In this document: positions 53,732 to 64,000 of the stretch, in pieces
Layout: each line of letters opens with the position of its first letter
Position numbering within the stretch: the first letter of the stretch is position 1
NCBI GenBank assembly: GCA_051294375.1
Contig: CM119264.1
Span: 2,602,005-2,666,004, forward strand
DNA: 64,000 bases
From: Paraspadella gotoi
Lineage: Eukaryota > Animalia > Chaetognatha
Reading direction: 5' to 3'
Program-made: the position numbers and the translations under genes
The notes under the pieces: generated by a model
What the model saw: only the letters and a program-made list of their open reading frames with translations
Database searches by the model: none
What the model was told of the DNA's origin: nothing

Positions 53732-54121
53732 TACTTTTCTTTACTTCTTTACTTCTTCAATTTTTTAAATTTTTTTGGTTTCCCTTTCTTTGTTTGGGTT
53801 TATTTCCATTTCCTTTCCTCCTTTCTTCCTTTTCTTTTAACTCCTTTCCTTTTCTTCCCATTTCCTCCTTTCTTTTTTTCTTTTCCTCATTTCCCTTTCT
53901 TCTCCTTTTCTCCTTTCCCTTTTCTTCCTTTCCTCCTTTCCTTGTTCCTCCTTTTCTCTTTTCCTCCTCCTCTCCTTTCTTCCTTTCCTTTTTCCTCCCT
54001 CACTTTACCCTCCATTTTTGATTGATGTTTCTCCTGTCAAATCGGTTGTAGACCAGAATCCCATCAAAATAAACAGCCCGACAGATCCTTGGTTCTCTCG
54101 ACGCCCGCTGTCCGTCGGTAC

Positions 54122-54218
<97 letters not shown>

Positions 54219-56220
54219 ACTCTCTCCCTCCCGCGGTCAAAGCGTTCCGGGTCACAACCTCATTTCTTCGAGTGAAAAATGTGGCATAGAAAACCTTTGC
54301 TACTTCGCCGCGTCGAGTGGAGGTGAAAAGCGAAACACGGATTCCATTTTTGTTCAATATAATCTAATATTTAATATTAAAATTTGAAATATATTTAAAG
54401 TTTTTTTGCTTAGTCATTCCTGAAATATCCGATTTTAGACAGAATAACCGGGTGGTTGATCCGTTTCAAAACCATTTCGTTCGATTGATTCAAATTTCTT
54501 ATTCGGTTTTACACACGCAAATTTTTATTGGCAATGTTTTGGACACATTTTATATTTGACTGACAAACTAATTTCATATAATCAAAAAATTTAGCATTGT
54601 AACCCGGAAAATTTTCTAATTTTTAAAATTAAAACACTTGGTGGAAAGTCAGTATAAGACCTTTAACTGTTAGATGTAAACGAACAACCGACTTTTAATT
54701 ATCTTTAAAAATGTTTAACTTAAAAGTAAGGCTAAGAAAACCTATCTGGTCTGACTGCTTGACAGACCAAAATGAAATATGAGAGCAAAAACGGACTAAG
54801 TTTGATCGAGTGCGCGAGTCGGTCTGCGATCGTTTGGTAAGTTCAATCCGTTTGGTAAGTCTCTTTTTTGCGATGATTAATTCTCGATCTATTGACAGGA
54901 GAAACTTTATAACTCAAAGGTAAGGAGCTAGAGATAAGTGGAGGTGAGAGAGAAAGAGGGAGAGAGAGGTAGAGGAGAGAGGTAGGGAAGAGAGAGGTAG
55001 GGGAGAGAGGTAGTGGAGGAGGTGAGGGGAGAGAGGTAAAGGAGAGAGGTAGAGGTAGAGAAGGTAGAGCGAGAGAGTGGAGCGGAGAGAGGAGCGGAGA
55101 GAGTAGAGGAGAGAGGGAAGAGAGAGAGGTAGAGGAGAGAGGGTAGTGGGAGAGTTAGAGGAGGAGGATGCCCCGGTAGAATGAATGGGGTCAACCAAAG
55201 GAAATGACTCAAATAAAAAACTCGAAAATGTTGGTCAGGATTCCCACAATTTAATCCGCTCTCAAGTAAGATTAATNNNNNNNNNNNNNNNNNNNNNNNN
55301 NGTGATCAGAAGGAAAATTTAGTGAATGTCAAGATCGTTACCATTCTCAACTCTCACAATAAAACGGACGACCGACAGATGAATAAACCATATGCGATGA
55401 GAATGACCGACCGACCAACTGAGAATACTCGTTGTTTGCTGCGTGATTGCTTGCGTTGATTGCTTGTTTCAGTTCCGGCTTTGTTCGCTCAACTTCTTTT
55501 CTTTTCTAATTTTCCTTAATATTTTTTTGCTATTTCGTATTTTTAAATTCCTTTCTTCTTCACTACTTTTTTTTAGTTGCACGGCAGGGAATTATGATAA
55601 CGCCGATGCAAGTCAAAGTGATTTTGCAAGCAATCAAGTCCGGACGCGGAAAGGAAAGCAGTTCGACCGGTTCCCTGTTGTCCTTTTTCTCTTTTCGTTG
55701 TTTTTTTGCTGAATTTTTTCTGTGTATCGAGTGTGTCCATGGAGAGATGGAGCAATCGGGTGCTGGGTTTGATTTTGAGTGGATGGAGTGATTGGGTGAT
55801 GAAGGAAAGGTTATGGAGTGATGAAGCTTATTTCATTTCAGTGGGTGACGGAGTGAATGGCGTTTCAGAAGTGTGTGTAAAGTAATAGTGAAGTAAAGGG
55901 TGATGAGAGATGGAGGGATGCGTCAATTTCGGTTGACGGGTTGATGGGCGGTGGTTGATAGAGATGCTGTAAATTGTAGGTGATAAGAGATTATGGGTGA
56001 TGTGCAGTGCAGTGACTCGCGGGTGATTGGGCTGATGGGACTGTCGCGGTGATTAGTGATGAGTAGTTGGAGTGACTGCTGGTGATTGGCGCATGAAGAG
56101 TGATGAACTATGCACGCTCCAGTTCGACATCACTTAAAAGAACAAGTATGGTTAGTACGTCATCGAAAATGGATTCTGTTGACGCGAAATATTTTCTCTC
56201 TCTCTCTCTCGTGCTCTCTC

Positions 56221-56267
<47 letters not shown>

Positions 56268-57330
56268 AATCTTTCTCTCAGTCTGTGCCGTCTGGTGTGC
56301 ACCTTACGTTTCCTTTAGAAGGGTCTGGTCTGTCTGGTTCTGTTCCCTTTATCCCTTTCTTTCAATTAAACCGAAAACTTTCTTTTTTTCTCGCATTAAA
56401 AGGCATTGATCTCTATTGTTCAAGATGGTCGTGTATACTTCGTTGTTGCTTTTCGAGTTGAAGTGTCGTCTTGTTTTTGCCCCCTTTTTTTCTCTTTTCT
56501 CTTCCTCCTTCCCCTTGCGTCTCTTTAATTTCCCTTTTTTCTTTTCATTTTTTTTCTTTTGTTATTTTCTTTCTTTCTTTTTTCTTTCTTTAGTCAGTCG
56601 TTGTAATTTTAATATTTTCTTTTTTAAAATCATTATTTTGTTTTTCCTTTAATATTTTCTACTTTTTATAATCGTGATTTTGTTTTGCTTTCTTATTTCT
56701 TACTTTCTTTCTTTCTTTCTTCTGTTCTTCTTCTTTCCTTTCTTTTCTTTCTTTACTTTCTTTTCTTCTTTTTCTTTCTTTACTTTCTTTACTTCTTTAC
56801 TTCTTTCAATTTAAATTTTTTTTGTTTCCTTTCTTTGTTGGGTTTATTTCCATTTCCCCTTTCCTCCTTTCTCTTCTTTTAACTCCTTTCCTTTTTCTTC
56901 TTCCTCCTTTCTTCTTCCTCTTTTCCTACATTTCCCTTTCTTCTCCTTGTTCTCCCTTTCCTTTCTCCTTTCCTCCTTTCCTTCCTGTTCCTCCTTTTCT
57001 CTTTTCCACCCTCCCTCTCCTTTCTTCCTTTCCTTTTCCTCCCTGCACTTACCCTCCATTTTGATTGATGTTTCTCCTGTCAAATCGGTTGTGTAGGACC
57101 AGAGGATTCCCATTCAAAATAACAGCCCGACAGATCCTTGGTTCATCTCGACGCCGCTGTCCGTCGGGTATCGGTCATGTCTGTCTCTCTCTCTCTCTCT
57201 CTCATCTCTTCTCTTTCTTTTTTTATTCCGCTCTCTTTCTTTCTTTCCCTAATTTTTTCTGTGCTGCTTCTCTTTCTTTCTTTTCTTTTTTATTTATTTC
57301 TTTCTTTCTCTCCCTTTACCTTCTTTCTTA

Positions 57331-57406
<76 letters not shown>

Positions 57407-58576
57407 CTCATCCTCTTCCCTCCGCGGTCCAAAAGCGTTCCGGGTCACAACCTCATTTCTTTCGAGTGCAAAAATGTGGGCCATAGAAAACCTTTGCCTA
57501 CTTCGCGCCGCGTCGATGTGGAGGTTGAAAACGAAACACGGATTCCATTTTGTCAATATAATCTAATTATTTAATATTAAAATTTGGAAATTATTTAAAG
57601 TTTGTTTGCCTTGATCATTCCTTGAAATATCGATTTTAGACAGAATAACCGGCGTGAGTGACTCCGTTTCAAAACTCATTTCGTTCGATGTGTATTCAAA
57701 TTTCTTATTCGGTTTTTACACACGGCAAATTTTTTATTGCAATGTTTTGGACACATTTTATAGTTTGACATGTGACAACTAATTTCATATAATCAAAAAA
57801 ATTTAGCATTGACGACCCGGAAAATTTTCTAATTTTTAAAATTAAAACACTTTGGTGGAAATTCATGTATAAGGACCTTTAACTGTTAGATGTAAACGAA
57901 CAACCCGACTTTTAATTATTCTTTTAAAAATGTTAACCTTAAAAGTAAAGGCTAAGAAAACCTTATTGCGTCTGACTGCTTGACAGACCAAAATTGAAAT
58001 TATGAGAGCAAAAACGGACCTAAGTTTTTTATCGTATCTCCGTGCGCGGCTCGGTCTGCGCATCGTTTGTAAGTTCAATCCGTTTGTAAGTTCATTCTTT
58101 TTGCGATGATTAATTCTCGATCTATTGACAGGAGAAACTTTATAACTCAAAGGTATGGAGCTAGAGATTAAGTGACCGGTGAAGAGACAAGATGGAGAGA
58201 GAGGTTAGAGGAGAGGAGGTAGGGAAGAGAGGTAGAGGAGAGAGGTTAGGGAAGAAAGGAGTTAGAGGAGAGAGGTAGAAGAGAGAGGTAGGGGAGAGAG
58301 GTAGGGAGGAGAGGAGGGGAGAGAGTAAAGAGAGAGGTAGAGAGAGAGGTAGAGCGAGAGACGGAGCGGGAGAGAGGGAGCGGAGAGAGGTAAGGAGAGA
58401 GGGAAGAGAGAGAGGTAGAGGAGAGAGGTAGTGGGAGAGTTAGAGAGGAGGATGCCGCTTCGATGAAGATGGGGTCAACACCAAAGGGAAATGACTCAAG
58501 AAATAACAAAACTCGAAACAATGCAGTTGAGTACAAGGATTCCCACAATTTAATCGCTCTCAAAGCTAAGATTAAT
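52307..58576 (+). repeat. Tandem duplication of about 3 kb across a 25-N gap (52307-55276 and 55302-58576)
   Basis: The second copy is colinear but insertion-rich, as expected of a raw long read. Confidence 0.88.
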
Positions 58577-58609
58577 TGACAAGATAGTTCCTCTCTTCCT
58601 GTAGGTAAA

Positions 58610-58682
<73 letters not shown>

Positions 58683-59135
58683 TTTTTTTTTTTCGTCACG
58701 GTTGCCTAGTGGCTAATGACGAAACTTGTTACGAAAAAATAAAAATAAATTTCGTTATATTTTATAACTTATAAAATCTAAATCTAAAAACCTGTTTAAT
58801 TTTTCGCCTCTCGTTTGGTTTTACATACATACATACATATAAATTAAAACGACGAAATTGAAATATAAAAACATTTGGTCTTTATTATTTTAAATATCCC
58901 TAGATTTTTTATAAACCTAAGTCATAAAATATTAATTATCCCAAAATATCCTCATCTCAAAGTGAAACATACAATTAAAATCTGCCTACCTTTTTTCTTC
59001 TTTTCTTCTTTCCTTCTTTCTGATCTAAATCCTTTTTCAGTCAAATTTCCTGATCCAAAAATATAGAATTTCTGTACCAAACGTCAATTTTTTTTGGGCC
59101 TCCTTTCGTCGTATTATATTCCCCATTACTCTCTA

Positions 59136-59680
59136 CACTGTGGAGCAAAAATAGGGTGCCACTTTTTCACATAAAATCGTATTGGATGGCTGAATTCTTC
59201 AAATATATAGAAACATAAAACAAAGCTTTTTGAAAGATAAAGCGATTGATCCAAGTTCCAATAAAATCGAACAAAGCGTTTGAAAGTTATAAGATGTTAA
59301 AAAATTGAAAAAATATGAAAATTAGTTTTTGTTAGAAAGAGTCAATAATTTTTCACTATTTTAAAATGTTTATTATATGCAACTGGCTGAAAAAATTTAG
59401 CACAGAATATCTGTAGGGATAGGTGTCAACCATTTTTTACCTAAATCAAATGAAAATAAGTAAGGACATTATTTAAAAAAATATTTTATTATCAGTCATC
59501 AACTCAACCTCCAAAAATTAATTTTTTTCCAATTCCATTTTGCATTACTGTATTCTACTGCCTGAAACAATTAATTTTTATCTAGCACCAATTGATAGAT
59601 TTTTAAAAAGCTATACCTTTTATAAATATTTTCTTAAAATTAAAAAAGAAATAGTGAGGTATATATTTTGGGCCACAGTG
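59136..59680. mobile_element. Tc1-like MITE or internally deleted DNA transposon
   Basis: TA|CACTGTGGAGCAAAAATA ... TATATTTTGGGCCACAGTG|TA: imperfect TIRs starting CACTG, TA duplication, AT-rich interior. Confidence 0.65.
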
Positions 59681-60959
59681 TATTTTACTATTTTTTTCCT
59701 TCTCTTATTATCGATTTTTTCTTTGTTTTTCTTTCTCTTTATTTGTTTACATTCAATTCTTTTTTTTCTTCGTCCTCCGATTTTTCCGTCAAAATTGAGG
59801 TCAAATTCTTTTGATCTTTTTTTCCCTTTTTTTCCCTTTTTTTCCTTTTTCTATTCGATTTTCTCTCCTTATCTTTTTTCTTTTTCGTAAATATTATCAT
59901 TTTATTTCTTCTTAGCAAAAGAAATTTCAAGCCAAAGAGCAGTTATTTCCACATTTTAATTTTCATCAATTCTCAGTCATTGTATAGAAAAAAAAATCAG
60001 AATAAAAACAACTCAGAAAACAAAAACCAAAACAACAACAAAAACAAAAACGACCTCACCCTTTCGATCTGACCCTCACCCCAATTCCCCAACTCCGTCG
60101 TCCTTTTCACTCTTCGTCGATGGGATTCGAACCCATGACAGGACCCATGACAGGACTCATGACAGGACCCAAGACCCCATGATCAGCCGAGGACCCCCTG
60201 ACCCCGGGATCCAATGAGACCCTAGCGCTTCTCGCCCGACCGGATTCTAATAAAAAAAAAATCCGGCGTGAATTTACATTTATGAGTTTGAAGTAAAATG
60301 ATATGGTCTTATTTAGTTTCCAAGTTGCTAAGTTTGTTGAAATAAATTAAATTAAATTGATTAATTAATTTGTTGATTATATTTGTAATAAATCAAATCT
60401 GTTGCATTCAAATTAAATATGTGACGGACAAGAGATTTAATCCAGAAACCCGTCAAACTTGTTCAACTGAGTCAAAAATAAGCGAAAATCCGGGAAGCTG
60501 TCTTTTAAATTATCAGTTTCAATATCAGTAGGAAAAAAATTCATATGATCTATTTCAGGGTTTCCAAATAAATACAATTTTTCTTTTTAAGTATCAATGA
60601 TAAATAAATAAATAACTATCAGCTTGATTTCTTCGCTACGAAATCAAGATGACGAAGAAGATTAGGACAACCAACTCTGCTTGGTGACCTGGATGTTTGG
60701 TACAAAATTTCTCGTCAAGCAATTCACGACCTTTGAACATAAAAACGAAGACAAAACCAACAGCAGAATAACAACAAAAACAAAACAAAAAAAACAAGAT
60801 AAAAAACAATAGAGATGATAACAAGATAAATAAAAGCATCAATAACAACAACAACAACAACGACAACAACGACAACAACCAGAAGTAAGCGAAAGCAGTC
60901 TCGTCCGTCAACGACTCCAGTGAATTGAAAATCTTCTCCTATTTCCTGGAAGCCACGAA

Positions 60960-61545
60960 TGATGGACGACGACGACGACGACGACGACGACGATAATGAC
61001 GACGACGACGAGAACGAATGATAAAGGACCAAGACGACGAGGACAACGACGAAGAAGAGGATAATGACAACGACGATAATGACAAATGATAGACGATGAA
61101 GATGACAAATACGACGACAAAAAGGATGATAATGATGAAGATAATGACGACGACAACGAGAACGAATGATAAAGGACAAAGACGATGACAAGGACAACGA
61201 CGAAGACGACGACAATGACAACAATGATGATGACAAATGATAGACGATGAAGATGACAAATACGACGACAAAAAGGATGATAATGATGAAGATAATGACG
61301 ATGACAACGAGAACGAATGATAAAGGACAAAGACGAAGACGACGACAAAGAAGACGACGACGATAATGACAACGACGATGATGACGAATGAGGACGGCAG
61401 CGATGAAGATGATGATAACAAAGAAAACAACGATATTGACGATGACAAAGACGACGATGACGATGACAATGACAACTTAGAGGAAAACGACGACGACGAC
61501 GACAACGAAGACGACAACGCCGAAGACGACGACGACGGCAGCAAC
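60960..61545 (+). repeat. GAC/GAT-rich compound repeat with a higher-order unit of about 150 bp
   Basis: GAGAACGAATGATAAAGGAC recurs at about 61010, 61158 and 61309. Confidence 0.65.
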
Positions 61546-61783
61546 GACCCGCAAAGAAGATGCGTCGACCCTTCGCTGACCCTCGTCTCAGTTTTAATAC
61601 GAAAACCCAAAAGACGAAGAGAATCAAGTTTCATCCGTTTTTTTTGGGGGGGGAGGGTGGCAGGTCTCCACATCCGGGTGTGTGTGAGGGCTTGAGCCGG
61701 AATCCCGCGGGAAAAAAGTTTTGGGTGAAAAAAATAAAATAAGAAAAAAGTGATGATATAGATGTTGACATTTGAATAACAGA

Positions 61784-61877
61784 GATAATGACATTACTTA
61801 TTATGATAATGACATTACTTATTATGATAATGACATTACTTATTATGATAATGACATTACTTATTATGATAATGACA
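61784..61877 (+). repeat. 21-bp minisatellite GATAATGACATTACTTATTAT, about 4.5 copies
   Basis: Perfect tandem units. Confidence 0.85.
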
Positions 61878-62050
61878 CTTACTTTGCAGAGAAAAAGCTA
61901 TTCCTTCCTACTAGCCACATCGCAAAGATTGATAATAGGCTGAATAAATAATGTTTAATTTTGGCTTTCTCTTGACTCTAACTCATTCTCTCTCTCTCGC
62001 TTCTCTCGTCTTCTCTCTCTCGTCTCTCTCTCTCTTTCCTCTCTCTCTCT

Positions 62051-62083
<33 letters not shown>

Positions 62084-62208
62084 CTCTCTCTCTCTCTGTT
62101 ATTTTGTTTCCATTCCTCGAACAGAAAGAGAATAGGCGCTCCGCACGTGTTTACATTATTATCTCGTTTGGCTCAAAAGTAAATTGTTTTCACTCGACTT
62201 CCTTCCTA

Positions 62209-62468
62209 TCATTTTTTGTCAATATGTCAGACGGTCGTTCTCCATCAAAGTAATGACATTAATCATTTTGTCAATATGTCAGACCGTCGTTCTCCATCAA
62301 AGTAATGACATTAATCATTTTGTCAATATGTCAGACCGTCGTTCTCCATCGAAGTAATGACATTAATCATTTTGTCAATATGTCAGACCGTCGTTCTCCA
62401 TCGAAGTAATGACATTAATCATTTTGTCAATATGTCAGACCGTCGTTCTCCATCGAAGTAATGACATA
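62209..62468 (+). repeat. 52-bp minisatellite, 5 copies
   Basis: Unit ATCATTTTGTCAATATGTCAGACCGTCGTTCTCCATC[A/G]AAGTAATGACATTA, head-to-tail with no spacers. Confidence 0.88.
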
Positions 62469-63371
62469 AATAATTAAACGCTAAATACATCAACAAAAAA
62501 GTTGGGCGTGGCGGAAGACGTAACTATATTTAAAGAGAAATACTACGATTCTCTCCAATCATTTTCTTGTTCCATTGCATCGCGAATAAGTTTGCAATGA
62601 CGATGGAATCTTCAGTCAAGCTCTTAGTTTTTTCGTCTTGCAGATGGTAGATTTTGGCACCGGCGTCCGAACGGTCAATTTCCAAAATCTAAGATCTAAG
62701 ATCTGAGATCTAAGATGAGGTATCGACGTAAAACATTTTGTGAAAACTGAAAGTATATCTTTCCCATTTTTTTTTGTTTCAATTTTAATGGAATTTTTCC
62801 TCTTGAATACTTTTTTTTCCTTCGAACTAATTTTCTTTTAATTCTTTCTTTTTTTTCCTTTTTTTTATTCTCCTCGTTACTATCTCCGTTTTGAAATCGA
62901 GAATAGAGATAGAATAATATTTTTAACGTAACTTAACCAAATTAACACTTTTCAGAGAAATAAAATCATAATTAAATATAATTCGAGTGAAACGAATTTT
63001 TTAACCGGATCCCCTCATTTTCTCTATTCTCTTTTCTTCCTTTAATTTCCTTCCTTCCCCATAATTTCTTTTTCATCCTTTCCTATTTCCTATTTCAGTT
63101 TCACTTATTCTACCTTCCCTCTTTTTTCACCTACTCCCTTTTTCTGCTTCCCAGAGCGAAACATTTTTCTATTCGAATTCAACTAATTTTTTTTGATTAA
63201 CTACGTGATTTTTATACATAAAAAAAAATTCTCTCTTCGGCCTAAAATGGATTTTCCGTTTGGGATTGCGGTGGAAGGGAGATAATCTCCGCGTCTCTCT
63301 CTCTCTCTCTCTCNNNNNNNNNNNNNNNNNNNNNNNNNCTCTTCTTCCTTTCTCTCTCTCTCTCTCTCTCT

Positions 63372-63425
<54 letters not shown>

Positions 63426-63527
63426 CACCTCCTTGCTCTTCCTCATTCTTTTTTTTTTCCGATTTTAAATCGTTCTTATTCCTTCGAATAAAAAAGTAAT
63501 AAGAGATTCCTCTCTTCTCTTCTCTCT

Positions 63528-63567
<40 letters not shown>

Positions 63568-64000
63568 GTTCTCGTCTCTCTCTCTCTCTCTCAATCTCTA
63601 TCGTCTGCTCTTTCTCTCTCTCTCCCCTCTCTCTTTTGTCTTTTTCGTCTTTGTCAATATCTTCAAAAGCGAACCGAGAGAGTGAAGAGAAAAAAGAGAA
63701 AAAAAAATAAAGAAAATAAGTGAATCGGAAGAAATGAATAAAAAAAGTTGTTGCCAAGGCCAATAAAAAAAAGCTGGTTGCCAAGGCTAATAAAAGAAAA
63801 AGCTTGGTTGCAGGCTATTTCGTTTAAGTTCCAACATTATTACCTCTTTTTTCTTTCCATCCTTTTTTCTTCTTCTTTTTCTTCTCGTTCGCGACTTTTT
63901 TTCCTGGGTTTCTAGCCTTTTCACAGTCTCTTTCACCCCACGCCACCTCTACTCCCCTTTACGTGCCCCGAATTCCTCACCCCCACACGGCCGCCCCGCC

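Noticed and set aside
60113-60140. tRNA gene (minus strand GGGTTCGAATCCCATCGACG)
   Set aside because: Only a T-arm/B-box-like fragment followed by short tandem repeats; no cloverleaf. At most a SINE remnant.
62209-62468. Regular repeats resembling a CRISPR array (also 4480-4625)
   Set aside because: Units are head-to-tail without unique spacers, no cas genes, eukaryotic context.

Overview
Repeat-rich eukaryotic genomic window, probably from an invertebrate animal, with abundant (AG)n, (GAC)n, (GAT)n and (AAAG)n microsatellites. It comes from a gap-filled draft assembly. Three protein-coding genes can be supported. (1) A plus-strand 3/3 globin with three coding exons (13317-13427, 13776-13987, 21845-22112). 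It keeps CD1 Phe and F8 His but has Lys at distal E7, and both introns sit at non-canonical positions. (2, 3) Two tandem minus-strand ammonium transporter (Amt) paralogs, each with three coding exons (29302-31514 and 35047-37218). The left paralog has lost key S1 binding-site/Phe-gate residues. Between the Amt genes lie two oppositely oriented copies of a miniature LTR retrotransposon (TRIM) with a tRNA-Trp-type PBS, a PPT, 4-bp TSDs, TA...CA ends and a tRNA-Gly-like segment inside the LTR, plus Penelope-type minimal hammerhead ribozyme motifs. The window also holds a solo LTR, Tc1/mariner-type MITEs, two short interspersed repeat families and minisatellites. Several multi-kb tandem duplications and a fold-back flank 25-N gaps and are probably long-read gap-filling artefacts. 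Nearly all other ORFs in the track are microsatellite translations or antisense shadows.
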